A stretch of 64,000 bases of DNA from Laetmonice hystrix (Eukaryota), in NCBI GenBank assembly GCA_965235115.1, contig OZ249444.1, positions 21,328,001-21,392,000 on the forward strand. Direction: 5' to 3'. The translations under genes were made by a program, and so were the position numbers. Shown here piece by piece: positions 1-13,720 of the stretch (its first letter is position 1; each line of letters begins with the position of its first letter). The notes beneath the pieces are model-generated. The model did no database searches. It was not told where the DNA came from and saw nothing but the letters and a program-made list of their open reading frames with translations.

Positions 1-141
1 AAAAGTGGAGAATATTTCCCGGAAAAAATAATCTCGATTCATTCGTTTGTGGTCTTCTCAATATCAGCAATGTATGTCTGGCAATAATATTGCCATAATG
101 AGGCCGTAAAATACGCTTTATTTTAAATAGCGTGGGTGGGA

Positions 142-173
142 GAATGTCAGTTTCGGATATCTCTTCAGCATTC
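142..173 (-). ncRNA. Degenerate minimal type I hammerhead ribozyme relic
   Basis: Minus strand: gaatg-CTGAAGA-g atatc c-GAAA-ctga-cattc. Stem I gaatg/cattc, core CUGANGA and GAAA and G-C stem II closure are present; the cleavage region reads ACTGA rather than ACGUH. It lies about 20 nt after the stop of a PLE-like ORF remnant. Confidence 0.4.
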
Positions 174-192
174 AAAGACCGGATCTTTGAGA

Positions 193-672
193 CTATTCAA
201 TGGGTAGATATCTTGGAAATGGGCCACTATAAATAAGATGGGAAAGATAATATCTTGGAGATATTTCACCTCGCGGCGGGATATCTACTCGGAAATGTAT
301 ACGGTCACCTGCCTCTGCACTGAGTGCCAACTGTGCACATTTTGGACTGTGATAATGAATGTGGGAATTCGTGCACTGTGGACAAGCCTGGTATAATCGG
401 GTATGGGAATATGGAAGGTGGGAGAGATTACTTGGTTGACTGGAGCTCTGATAGAGCGCTGACCCCGGGATGAGGAAGCGGGGCATGGTCGCTATTGGAT
501 CCATATGGTGATGGCGGGGGAGGGGAGAGAGAGCCGACCAGATAGTGTACTCTGGCCAGCAGCCTGGGAGTGTAGGACCCCCAGGAGTCTGGCGGGGGTT
601 ACTAGGGTACTGGTGTCGATGAGGGGGAATGAAACCTGAAGTGATACCCCTACCCCAGCCCGACACGCCCAA
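193..672 (-). mobile_element. Decayed Penelope-like element, probable GIY-YIG C-terminus
   Basis: RLYQACPQC resembles PLE 'VIY.I.C..C'; the ORF ends at 193 immediately before the hammerhead-like relic. Weak protein similarity judged by eye. Confidence 0.4.
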
Positions 673-2099
673 GGTGAGGTTAGGGTTCCGTACAGTACGG
701 GTGAGAGGTTAGGAAGCCTGTCTACGGATATCGAGGCAGGGATGGTAAGATATCGGTAACAACAATATGGGTGGTCAGAACGGTACCAGCCCAAGCCTGG
801 CCATTCCATTCCCCATGCTCCCAATGTTTAGGGTAGTCACCTTACCCCACCCCTTCCTCCCTCAAGGTCACTGATTGTTTATAATGTAGAGAAAGCCACC
901 TTTTGTAGGCAAACACAGCCGAAGTGTTCGGCCTAACTTTGACAAAAGGGAGCGAGTGAGGGAGCGGGTTTCCTAGTTCAGCCACACTTTTCCTATCTAG
1001 ACTGCAAAAACGTATAACATCTTTCCCACAAGTCAAAATATCTTGCATAATTGGCAGTTCTGAGTAGGCAACAGAACCAACTTTGCAACTGTTTTACGGT
1101 AAACATGGTTTTCTAACTCGCTTAATTTGTCAAAGTTCAGTTACCTTTTAATTTATATTTTTTTGGTTAGGAATAAAAGTGTAAGCTAACAATCTTAGCA
1201 AGTAAAATTGATGACAGCATTAATTTGTACATTTACCAACAGCATAAACGGACTGCTGCTCCTCCACCCGCCGAAAAAAGGGTAACATTGCTTGAGTAAC
1301 TTCTTTAATGAATGCAACTGGCAGATAAAAATGATATACGAGCGCTGGAATATTGCCACTCGGTGGAGAGTTTTAAGACTCAGCTTTCCCTTAGCATGAC
1401 ATGATATGCCGTGAGCTGAGATGGAAACGTCTCATTTATGGACACACAGATTTAATTAGGTTGATAGACACTGCGCTTTTACTGTGTCTAATGCTAACTT
1501 ACCAGCGGACACACGCTCACCCGTGTCGATAGGAGAAGATGGAACCACAATCACTAAATCCCGGGGAGGGGGGGGGGGAGTTCCGGTATGTCTGTAAGCC
1601 TCCCCCCCCCTCCCCGCCAATCAAAAATTAAGTATATTATATAGGCCTATACAAAATTTTCCGGCATGCTCCCGGATCCCCCCTCCAGCATGGCTTGCCC
1701 CGGCCCAAGTATAAGTGTAAGTGGTATTTCGGTATGTATGAGCAACGAGACTAGAGAGACTCGTTGGTATGAGGCATGACGTTCTCTTGTTGGGCCATAC
1801 CTGATTATTGAAATGGGCACAGTGACTCTTGCATTGATAATGTGTCTAGTTCACCCACTGAAAGGCTCAGTGTGCATTAGGTTACTCATTGTTGCATGAT
1901 CTCCATGTTATTGTAAAGCCGATTAAATAAAGTCAGATCCACATACGGTACTCTGGAACTTCCGAAGTGAAGATCATTTCTAAACCGGAGTGACGTTATG
2001 CTTGTCATGACATTGAATCATTAAAAATGTTAATTGTCTTGTTTAATATGTAGCAAATAAGGTTTTTTGGTAATATGGCGGTATACATGATATATTGTG

Positions 2100-3050
2100 G
2101 TTGGTCTTCTACCACCAAATAATCAGTTTGTGGAAGGGGGATGGGAATAGCGTAAATGTAATGGAACACCTCTCAATGACGTTATCGTGTATGTGGGAGT
2201 TTATTCCTTCAGCTCCCTACCTAATCAGGCGATTTTTCACCGAGTTGTCCATATCGCCAAGAACGTATCTCATTAGGTCATTGAAGCGGAACATGATAAT
2301 TGGATATTTTCATATACATAGCCAAAGCCAATTCAATCTGTGGTGATTGAATTATACAAAAACTCTATTATGGTGTTCTGATAAGGCAAATCTAGAGCGA
2401 TGATCTTACTATCTGACTGGCGTCTGAGTGGCGTCTCCTGGAGGAACTGCCACTACAGAGTAACGGTCAGCAACACCTACAGGCAGCGTACATGGGGTTC
2501 ATTTCAAATATTGGAGTTTTGAAATGTTACCAGTGTTAGTGGTTGCCCAACGTTTTACCCTGTAGGCGACTCGTGTCAATCGGCCATGGTCAAGTCACCG
2601 ACGTGTCAAGGCAAGCCAGCAGTCGAGGGGCTATAGCGATGGCAACAGTTACCATGGTGACCAATTTGATCATCGGTGGAGATGAGAGGGGATCTTATCT
2701 GTGCCAGGGTTTCTCTGTGTGAAGTCTTTGAGGTGTGTGCATTTTGTGATCGGCGTTTGGAATGGCGTTGGCCGAACACATGGTTGGCTGATAGGGCCTG
2801 GCTTTAGGAAGTGTTTAGGAAGACTAGTCTGGAACGTTTCATCTGTAGCTGCCATAGCCCGTCTGTGGCCAGCACTTTTTGGATTAAGACAAGCCCTGCT
2901 CAGTCTGCAGTGAATGGCTGAATACGGTGGATTCACTATGGAGGATGTACACTGTTGATTTGGCAGGATCAGAGCCCTGTGTGAGAGAACGCTGTCACCT
3001 TCAGGGGGTAACCCAAGTATCTCTCCACTCTCACCCTCTCTGATCACACA
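2100..3050 (-). mobile_element. Decayed Penelope-like element (RT thumb, linker, GIY-YIG)
   Basis: In order on the - strand: RRAMAATDETF (cf. RRICS.DEDF), HFLKPG (cf. HFLKRGY), DKIPSHLH (cf. DRIPLV..YH), RYVLGDMDNSVKNRL at about 2225-2275 (cf. QYVGET..SLK.R). Confidence 0.55.
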
Positions 3051-5549
3051 TTTACAGCTAACTCTCAGGATGCCGCTCTTATAAATGTGAAAATATTCCT
3101 TTGAGTCTGGAATTTCATTTGATGCGGAGGAGATAGGAACCCGATAAACCGGTACAGGAACTTCAGAGATTTAGCAAGCGAACCTTCCCCGTTTAGTGAT
3201 TGTTTTTTGATGAGTACGTTCTTGCTTCAAATTTGGCACCAGATTCAGGTGCAGCAAACGCGATAAGGAAGCCGTACCAGCATAACGGCCGTTGTGCCTT
3301 GAATTGTGTCAGTAAGTGGATTCCGATTAAAGGTACATGTATAGGGATTTGGGGACGCCCAAAGCGCCGCCTGGCGAGGCGCAGTGGTACCAGTTTCGGG
3401 CCCAGTCTGCTCAGTTAGTGTAGAGCTAGAGAGGTTAATTTCCTCATACAGGTGTTCCAGATACGAATCCTTTTATTGACGTGGAGAACATATCGGGAGA
3501 GTAGTAAGGCTGATAATGATAAGGCCCATTCACATGAAGTATCGCCAATTTGGGAGATAGGAAGAAAGCAACAATACGTTTTCAGCTTGACATTTCAAAC
3601 GAAAGGTCAGCTGTCCTTAAAGTACTAGGGAGGATACAAAAATAGAAAACACCTTTATGAATACACCTGAGTGGGTGTGCTGTAAATGGTAACGTGCACT
3701 TAGCTGAATGTCTTACAACACTAGTGATGCCTTGCCATCTCCCTGACAGAGAAACAGTTGTGGTTGATAATACCACAAACATTTCCAATGTACTAATAAC
3801 AACATGGAGTCCTGTCGCACCAGGTTTACGTAGAATGTTAAAATTAGTATTTTTATCTCGTGAATATGATCGTATGTGAGTGTACACTTAAGCTAATTTG
3901 TTACAGTGAAAACCTCTAAAAATGAATGTTGTGGTGGGAAACAGTCTCTTCAAGCTCTTTCCTGAAGATAAGGTTTCTAAAACCGGTTACAATCATTTTG
4001 ATAGTGGACATGATTCATCATTGATATCTCATTGATATCATCATTGATATTGATATCATTGATATCTCTGATAACGATATGCTGTTATGACCTTAGTTTG
4101 TATAAAATGATAAACTGTTCCTATCCAGTGTTTCATCTTCAATATCGACAGGTAACGCCTGTGACCTAGCTGGTTTTAATGACAAATAAGAACACGTTAT
4201 TAATTTCGTGCCAAAGTAAGTCCTTAGAAATGCCTTTTCTATGTAGGTTACGGATAGAAGTCTAACAGGAACCTTTGGCCTCCGATTTATTACAGAAATC
4301 AGATGCCACTTTTTCAATATCTTTAACAGACAAAATTGTATTTTTTTCTTCCAGGAAATTAAAGTAATACGAGCAGGTTACTCCTGTAGGTCCTATCCCA
4401 ATAATTAAAAGAATTCTCCATTCATTTTCAAGATGGTACAGGTAGTAGAAGGAGCTCATGTCGAAGAAGTCGTAGTGACGTCTGTGTTGTTGTAAAGATT
4501 AGGGACAGTGGTGGTAATGTTGAGGGAGATTGACTGAGCATTGATTGTCGGACCTGATGGGTTTGGTGATTGAAGAGATTTACTCCGTGAGCGAGGTGTC
4601 CATGTGGTGTTGTGGGTGCACGTCCTGTTCACCAGACTGTGACATCACCGGGGACAGGTGCTCCAGGGCGTGCTGCCTGGAGCCCCCCTCCGGACAGTCG
4701 GCCTGCAACCAGCGGGATGACTTGTTCATGGAAAGCCGAAGAATCCCAAGGAAAAAATCCAGGGGGGAAACGCCGCCCGGCGCCCAGGACACAGTCGGCC
4801 GACTGTGTCGAGTAGCAGTCGTGTTGATTTGTCGCCCGATTCAGATCAGGGTCGAGTAGAATCCAATAGATGGCCACAGTTAGATCGACGACCGGCCAAC
4901 ACGGCAGAAAATTGTTCCCTTCATTGGTGCCGCTTCCCGGAGTGCAGCGCGGGTATTTTTATTCCCACTCAGAGGCTCTTGCTGCCAGCTTTGGCCCGAC
5001 CAAGCGTTGCTGTTGTGGCTGGATGTGTCCAATGAATATTCGGCACGATTTATTGCTGATGCTGGTGGTAGAGTGGAGTTCGGGCTAGCTGGTATAATAA
5101 AGGTCGCGGTCTCAATTGGGCGTTGGTCTTATACACTGGTTGGGGTACGGGCGGCAACACCATGCCTATACACGGGTTGGAGTTATAACCCTTAAAACAC
5201 TGCTATTGATCTGACTGGGTGGGGAGGGGTGAGGCAATGGGCTGGAGGAGAGGGGTGGGTAGGGGGTACATTCTTCTCCTGGACATTTCACTGCCACCCT
5301 ATTTGGAAGCCAGACGTGCAGAATATCCCGAATCAATACGACTTTTTGGTTTAAATAAGCTTACACGACTGTGCCCCCTCGTCGGACCAATAGGATGTAC
5401 CTGGTACCTTTTATACAGGAACGAACGCTGACTGTTGAAGTTTTCAGATGTCGTATATATTTTGTCATGCGGTTTAGTTAATTCCCAGGTGTGGATGGTA
5501 GATAGGCCACCTGAGCCTGTATTAGACCTGGAGGCATTGAATAGATCAC

Positions 5550-7630
5550 GTGATATGAGTTCGAGGATAATTTGGTCCTGACATGATACTCATACATAAT
5601 AGATTGTTAAAAATTTGGTTTCAAAAATCAAGAGCCAGACTCTGCCGTCCATGGTGAGAATCATTTTCTCATATCCTTGGGCAGAACCGAGATGGCGGTC
5701 ACATTACACCTGGCAGCAGTTGACCAATGGTGGTACTTTGGAAAGGCAATTAACAGGTAACATAGGGATCCGTTACTGGCCACTTCAACACCTGGGCCGT
5801 TGGCGTTCACACGGCTCTCCCAGCCCAGTGTCACTTACTTACATAGAGGCTGGGGGCAGAACTTGACACCCAGGGGTGGGAACATTGACCATAAAAATAA
5901 TCCTCTGTGCTCATGTGTAGTCTCTGAAACCGGTTAGACCTGATATTCTCGGAGCTTCATTGCTTGGGGTGTATGTCATTGTAAATCATACAGGTATATT
6001 AGTGTGGGCAGATAAAGGTACATATGGCAGTGTAATGTTACCACTAAGTAATAGGAACGGCTCCAGGGTTAATCCCACGAAGTACACGACGGTGCTGTTG
6101 TTACGTGTGCCATTTAATAAATAGTGCATTGTCAATTACTTAGCCAGTATTAGTGGCTATAGAAGATTGTGTGTGTTTACCGCCCTGGGGAATACCGGTA
6201 GTTTAGTGTTGAGCAGATTAATGGGGAGCATGGCTTTATTCTCCCTAAGATTGATAGGAAAGGCACTGCCTTGAAGGATCAATGTGTAATGTTCGCCGGT
6301 ATGAGAGAATGCTGCAAGGCGCAGGGTGTCGCTATAGTATTTGGCGAAGTTTCCTACAGTCCCTGTTTCTTTAGGGGAGGGCCTCTTCAAAAAATCAGTT
6401 ACTACTAGTTTTATTTTTTCAGAATGCCTAACCCATGTTTCCTATGACCTGGCCTGCAGCTGGCAGAATCCTGTCCGTTTCCTAGGCGATGACCTGGCCT
6501 GCTGGCACAATGAATCCTGTCCGTTTCCTATGCGATGACCTGGCCTGCTGGCACAATGAATCCTGTCCGTTTCCTAGGCGATGACCTGGCCTGCTGGCAC
6601 AATGAATCCTGTCCGTTTCCTAGGCTATGCCCTGGCCTGCTGGCACAATGAATCCTGTCCGTTTCCTAGGCGATGCCCTGGCCTGCTGGCACAATGAATC
6701 CTGTCCGTTTCCTAGGCGATGACCTGGCCTGCTGGCACAATGAATCCTGTCCGTTTCCTAGGCGATGACCTGGCCTGCTGGCACAATGAATCCTGTCCGT
6801 TTCCTAGGCGATGACCTGGCCTGCTGGCACAATGAATCCTGTCCGTTTCCTAGGCGATGACCTGGCCTGCTGGCACAATGAATCCTGTCCGTTTCCTAAG
6901 CGATGACCTGGCCTGCTCAGAGTGCTGGCACAATGAATCCTGTCCGTTTCCTAAGCGATGACCTGGCCTGCTCAGAGTGCTGGCACAATGAATCATGTCC
7001 GTTTCCTAAGCGATGACCTGGCCTGCTCAGAGTGCTGGCACAATGAATCCTGTCCGTTTCCTAGGCGATGCCCTAGCCTGCTGGCACAATGAATCCTGTC
7101 CGTTTCCTAGGCGATGCCCTAGCCTGCTGGCACAATGAATCCTGTCCGTTTCCTAGGCGATGCCCTGGCCTGCTGGCACAATGAATCCTGTCCGTTTCCT
7201 AGACGATGACCTGGCCTGCTGGCACAATGAATCCTGTCCGTTTCCTACGCGATGCCCTGGCCTGATGGCACAATGAATCTTATTCGTTTCCTAGGCGATG
7301 CCCTAGCCTGCTGGCACAGTGAACCCTGTCCGTTTCCTAAGCTATGGACTGATGGCACATGTTTGTGCTGAGAAAACAGAGGATCCAGAAAACTACCTGC
7401 GGCCATCATGACTCAGCGTTTTGATTAGATAGATTTAATGATGTCTCTGTCTCACCCAAAGTGGCCACCAGGCCAGCAGGGCCCGGGCTCCCTCCCCCGG
7501 TGTGTGTGTGTGTGTGGGGGGGGGGGGGGTGTGTGCGTCCAGGGTGGATGGTCCTTATAACATGATTCCACGTGACAGAGTCGGTGTCGCGGTTGATTAA
7601 ACACGGACCGGGTTGGGAGGGGGTGGGCAC
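5550..7630 (-). mobile_element. Decayed Penelope-like RT, interrupted by the 46-bp minisatellite
   Basis: IRTIHPGR (about 7540; cf. KIHK..PGRP), FSHTGEHYTLILQGSAF (about 6270-6310; cf. FEFNGEHYLQ..GTAMG), YNDIHPK (about 5965; cf. LNSIHP), AQGYEKMIL (about 5660; cf. RGYP..LI); motifs are collinear. Confidence 0.5.
6437..7346. repeat. Minisatellite, 46-bp unit, about 19 copies
   Basis: Unit gatgacctggcctgctggcacaatgaatcctgtccgtttcctaggc; three adjacent 55-bp variants carrying a 9-nt insertion (about 6902-7066). Confidence 0.97.
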
Positions 7631-8859
7631 ACTCGGGCGGCCAGTTCTACTCCAGAGGTAGTCATTGGTTCATGAAATGGTGATTACTGATCATGCAGCG
7701 TCTGTTGATACGTTCTGCTTAATAAACCCGAGAATTGTCTATATCGGCGGGCTGAGATTTAAATCATAACCACGACCGTTAAACATTGCTCCTGTGTTCG
7801 GACCCCCCACCCCCACTAAAACAAGGACCACGAAAAACAAGATGCCAATTTACTTCTTGTAGGAGATTGTTTTGATTGTCGATTTGTTTTCATTCGTTTG
7901 TTGTTTCTTTTCCACAACAACAGCACACGAATGAAGATAGGCATGTCTCGTACGTAGATCTTTTGCTAACAATAATAGTAGTAATTTGTGCAACTATGTT
8001 ACACTTGTAATATAGTATAGTAGTAGTAATAGTACCGTATTAATAATTAAGGCAGCAACAGAAAAAAATGAGTCAGAGATTCACATTTTAGACAGTCTGA
8101 TTATAGGTACCAGTGTTTTGTGACGACTTCATCAGTGAAAAGTTACAGGATTGTTTTCACCAATCACAATGAAGGAATCTGATTGCAACTTTAATTAGTC
8201 CCGTTGTTATTTTATTAGTCACTAAATGGTCCGTTGTCTGCTTTGATTAGTTGTAGGTCTTGGATGGCCCCTCTTGGGCAGACAGAGTAATTACGATTTT
8301 CGCTCTTGTCCAACATTTACATATAGACCATTCAACGTTGATTATGCGCTCTAACTTACATGTAATGCGAGTTGGTGCTGTCTGGCTGCGGACAAGTTGA
8401 TTTCAATAAAAGAATCATTCAAATTCAAGCTGATAATGGTGGAAAATATATTTCCCCTACTCACGCCAGTGGTGTCTTTCTATATGAAGTATAAGGAACG
8501 TATTCAGGTCAGTTTTTACTCATTTCGAACAACTTCTACTTGTAAAATGCTCGAGATCTTTTTTTACATTAATTAGTAAGGAAATAAGGCCATTTTCTAG
8601 CTGATATATGTGTCATTCTGAACTAACGTGGTCAGGTCATATTTACGTATAAGTTTTGAATACGACGAAAAAAACCCCACTACACTGAGGTTTGAGTATT
8701 TTGTGATTCATCGTAATATTGTGTTAGCAATATAACAATATTATGATTCCTGGGCGCAGTTCTTAAGCTTAAGTTTTTGACAAACTGCCAAATTGGGCCC
8801 TGGTAATCTATCACAAACACCCGAACATGGGATCCATTAGTGGGTAACGTTGGTAATAG

Positions 8860-10660
8860 GTCATTTCAGTGAGATATTTCTGATGAATGTCACTTTCCCT
8901 GTGATCCTACAATATGTATTGTCATTATGACAGCCGGTGGTAAGCCATGTTGATGGTGAAGAGCACCCAGGTGGATCTAGTGCTCTGAATGTGGCTTTGA
9001 TGAGGCACCTCGGGCGGCGGGTGGTGGGCAGGCCGCCGACTGAGGCCAGGCGGGCCGGGGCGGCGGGAGGTGGGCAGGCCGCCGACTGAGGCCAGGCGGG
9101 CCGGGTCGGGGCGCTTTGTCGCCCAACCCTGTGACACAACCAACCACACATACATGGATATACAGGGCACCTATTTCTATATGAGGGAATTGATTGATTG
9201 CCTGAACAGATGCTACAACAGAGGTAGGCTTTAATACCAATAGACCATATTTAGTCAGGCCTTTGTGGCTTGTTTTAATTAGGTCTTTGGCAATTCAATG
9301 GTTTACTTCATAAACCCCATCTTCACCAGTCTAAGAAAGCGTGGATGATCTCGCCATCTCGGCGTCCATGGTGGTGGGGGGTGGGGTATGTTAATTAAAA
9401 ACAATGGGTCAGCAGGCAGCTGAAACAGGAGGCCTGACAAAAGGCCATTTGAACCAAGAAGCAGTGCTCCTAGTGGTAAAATGTTGGTGGCAGGGAGAGC
9501 AGGGCGTTTGGTGGAACCTGATGAAATGGTACGCCTGTAATGATGCTGCCCGAGGTGAAACCTTGTTACCTGTCAGCTGTACTTGTACTTACTACCAACC
9601 GTTTCCTACAGAAAGCATCTGGTCTGACCCCCAACTCTCTGTGAATGTACATGATAGGTATAATTTTTGTCAAGGACAACAACAGTAAGGTACCGACATA
9701 ACCTTGCCAACCCGATTATTTGATGGAACAGTTTGTGAGATGGTTGGAAGCAGAGATGTGGTGCCAAGCGGGATGTTCTTTACCTTCCAAGCCGCCTGTT
9801 ATATTTACATGCTGTCGGATCCACAGTGCACTATGGCATGTGACTGTGCATGCCTCATTGGGAGAACGCCCGTGCCAAGTACAAAACACAAATAGACGGT
9901 CGTGGGGTCGGGTTGGGGGTTTACCATCTGGTTCGACTGACAGAGTCAGGTGACGGGATGTTAGGTGATTGTGGGTCCATACCCAAGGGAACGTTGTAAC
10001 ATACGGAGCATGACCGTCATTGTAAGTCAGGTCTATAGAATAGTATAGGGGAAGTTGATCCTAAGCCTTAAGTCACAAACCGCCAGTGGTCTTGTGGTCT
10101 TTTCGATCAAGCCTGAGGGCCTTTTCAAAATATAAGTGGTTCTCTCATGCTATCTTACTCTGGCCATTTCATATTTGCTTTCATTTACTTTAGAGTGTGT
10201 GAGATTCGAGGGTTTTACGGCATGGCGTCAACTAAGGTCATTTCACGGCGATATTTTCTTTTGAGAAAATGAATTATTGTCAAACAGAACACAAAATTCG
10301 AAGGGTCCATTTCGGGCAGAGGCTCAGAAAATAGTCTTTACTTAGCTCCACACTGCTATAGACTACATGTACCCCGGTAATTTGTAAGCGGAAATTGACG
10401 GTCGTATGACGAAGGAGTACTTTACCTGTTGAAATAGCCCTAGGCATGAACGTCCAACTGTTGGGACTATGCCAACTTGCCCTGTTTTAAAGTTGATTTC
10501 CATATTTTTTGGTCTGTGCCTAATACCTCTTCCTTTGTGAAGTGTTTTTCTTCCGTCGGCCATTTGGAGCCACCTCTAACGTTACAGGCGGAGTTTACCG
10601 TAAATACGGCTGTTATATGAGGACCGGAGGGGTGGTTGTTAGGGGATTTAGGTTTGTGCA
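8860..10660 (-). mobile_element. Decayed Penelope-like element, N-terminal region and RT
   Basis: KPKSPNNHP and HFTKEE (10467-10661), TVVVLDKNY (9659-9686; cf. KG.AVVVLDK.DY), GALYIH (cf. SLYTNI), NDNTYCRITG (cf. ND.FYLQ..G); collinear but with insertions. Confidence 0.5.
9012..9105. repeat. 46-bp GC-rich tandem duplication (2 copies)
   Basis: gggcggcggg..ggtgggcaggccgccgactgaggccaggcgggccggg repeated at period 46. Confidence 0.9.
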
Positions 10661-13149
10661 ATATTATATGTGAGGGTTAGGGGATATAGATTTTGTCCTT
10701 ACCGTGGAGTATTATGTCAGGGGTTGTGGGTTCTCTATGATGGAAGAGGTTGTTATATTGTCAGATCAACACAAATGGATGTAGTTCCTGTCAGTTGTAA
10801 TATTTATGGTTGATGAATGGTGATGGGTCACTGCAGTCACAGTAACATACAGCGTTATCGAATGCCGAACACGGGAAAGGCAAAATCACAATGTTGGGCT
10901 TGAAAGCTATCAAATAGGACTGACCATGCAGAGGTACATGTGGCATTATGGAAGACAATTGTCACTGCGCCAACATGGTTTTACTGTTATCATGGTTTCA
11001 CCCGTTTACTAACATCTCAAACAATAACAGCACAGAGGTGAGCTGGTCCTGAAATGGTGCTAGAAATAAAAAGGCAACATGAGTATGGTAAAAATTTGTT
11101 TAGAGTTTGAATTTGGTGTAGTTCAGGGGGCCAAACACAGGGTCTACATAGGTCGTGAGATGAGGCAGCAGTCAAACTGAACCTCCTGCTTCTTATGACT
11201 GGCTATGCATACAAACACTACAGTCCTCATAACGATCAGGAGCTGGTTTTAGGTTTCTTATTGATTCCATGAGGGAGAAACATCGCCATCTGCGCAGTTG
11301 AGTGGAAACCTGCAGGCAATGCTGTTAGGACTACCGGTATTGCATATTCTGACGGGAAACTTTTCAGTGCTCTACACACAATCTCTTTTTAACGTTAATT
11401 TCTTTCTTTTAAATCGCGTTGTGGATTGAAGGGGTGTAGGAGAATCTAGGTTATTGTGGCTGAAGACGATTAGGAAACCAGCAAGTGGAGCTGGAGGCGA
11501 GGTTTGTCCAGGGCCCGTTCTAACTATGTGCTAACAGATCACTGATACCGAGTGAACGGGACACCACTACAGTACGCCACCTCAAACAGTAGACACCTCC
11601 CGGGGCAAGGCACCTCTCGCCAGCGGCCGGCCACCAGGTCGCCGGCAAAACTCGGATGTATAATGGGTTTGGGGCATTTCCAATCATTTATACACCGCCA
11701 TGTGAAAAAAACAACAGCAAAAACTACAGGGAAAAAAAAAGAAAGCGAAGGAAAAAGGTAACGAAGGAAAGAAAAGAAAGAAAGCAAGATTCAGAGGTCA
11801 GGGCCAAGATCGACCCAACATTGTGAACAGAAGCACTTGTCGACATAGATTGCCGTAAACCAAGACTCACGCACTTCTGTCTACCTAGGTTATAGCAAAC
11901 AATCATGTCATCCTCGAATGTAGAATGGTAAGGTTGGCACTGGTAATGGTTAAATACCAGTTGACCAGGATGAGTGATGTGATCGTGTTGTTATTATTCA
12001 TGAGTACTACAGTGGAGACATCACTTTCAATTTACGCATCTCCAGACTCATTATAACCTTTGGTTTACTGCCTAAACGTCGCACACCCACATTAGTCGGG
12101 TAATTAGGCTTAGTTTGTTTTTGTATCATCCCTCTCAAATTATTCTTTATCATTTATTTTCCCTCTGGGGCATAATTAAAAATCAAAGTTTTCTATCGCA
12201 ATGTCCTAGTTATGGAGATTTATCCGAAATTGCTCATAGGGGAAATGCTGGTAAATATTGGGACAGTATCCTATAATTGCACTAGGTCGATTCTGAACTA
12301 GGGCAGTTCGTAAGTACTAGGAGTGATGCATTGTTTGCCTTGTATAGAAGGTTTCAACTGGACACATTTTCCGCGAATACCTAGCTCATTCGATCTTGCA
12401 ACTTTGCATGTTGGGGAAGTGATCGGTTAAGAAATGCGGTGAATGACTGCGAAGATTGACTGTGGAATGACAGAATCTTGGCGCTCCGTAAATGTGAAGA
12501 GGATAAGTAATCAAGGGAGTGTTTAGTATGCATGTCCCGGCCCAGCAACCAAAAGGCCCTCCAGACTTAATTACAATGGCGGGGTCTCTTTTTGTCTGGT
12601 AATTAATTTACTGAGAGGTCAGTAAATTAGAGAGTCTCGATTATACTCCATACTTATGAATGATGGATGAAGGAAGGAGCAAGGACGTTTCAGAATGAAG
12701 TCCTACCGAGATGCCAACAAGTAATTGGTTGGGATGCTGACGGTATGGTCCGTATGGGCTGGTGGGAGATTTCCACATGTGCATGGCGATCAAAAAGACT
12801 TGTAATCAAAGAGGAAAAATTCGGGATCGTCATTGGCTGCAGTGGAGGGATAGTGCAGGTAGCGGGGGGTTAGTGAGTCATGGCATTAACTTAATGAATA
12901 GACTAGGCTCCTTAAAGACGGCCGCCGTGGTGGGAGGGGAGGGAGAGAGAGGGAGGGAGAGGGAGGGCATCAGTTCCCTGGACCATCTCTCCCTGTTTGA
13001 TACACGTTATACTCGGTGTCACAGGGAGAGTGGGAGGTCCACTCCATGTATTACCTCCGTGAATAACATGGCCTGGGTCGAGGAGATAGTCCCGGCAATG
13101 GGAGTCGGTGGTTGGCCCAGTATAGGAAGCTCGGGCGCCTCAGAAATAT

Positions 13150-13720
13150 GATGTGGCAGCCCTATTACGGTGCTCGTTATACGTCTAACATGTGCCAAGC
13201 CTGATTACATTGAGACTGAGCGGAAGGACCTGTGCTCAGATCTGTACTGTTATCACGGGGCACTTGTACCTACAGTCAGGCCATTTATTTCATCATAGAA
13301 TGGGCAGCAAGCTATACACACAGGCCTGACGCTGAGGGTCTCTCAATGGTTTGGTTATCATTTCAATGGGCTTGTTGTCTATGTGTACCGTATTCTGTTT
13401 GTATTTGTACCGATGTGTGTGCCCAAATTGTGGTGGTATTTTCGATAAACTCGGTCAAGATTTCCAAGAAGGTAGAGGGAATTAAAAATCAGTGTTCCAG
13501 CGGCTGCTTGTTCAGTCCCTGGAGCCCAGCTACCTAAAATATTGCTGCAGTTCTAAAATATATCTAATTGAATTATCCGAACAGATAAATTTGATAAAGA
13601 TGATTGAACCCTCATTAGATTGGATTAGCACAGCCCTTGCACATGAAACCTTGCAGAAATTACACTGATTTGGGTCAGCCACATAATGATATCTTTGAAT
13701 AACATGCATTTTGACTGTTA
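13150..13720 (-). mobile_element. Decayed Penelope-like element (RT thumb, linker, GIY-YIG start)
   Basis: IKFICSDNS (cf. RRICSD), ELQQYFR*LG (cf. EL..YF.KRGY), DRVYRKYHHNL (cf. DRIP...TYHPNL), NVIRLGTC*TYNEH (cf. NVIYLITC...EH). Confidence 0.55.

Noticed and set aside
1195-1300. Possible missing first FARP coding exon (KIDDSINLY resembling LDDS..LF)
   Set aside because: No ATG or suitable donor, and poor similarity beyond DDS.
11455-11505. CTGAAGA...GAAA with a ccagc/gctgg stem on the + strand
   Set aside because: Lacks the U-H cleavage site and stem I.
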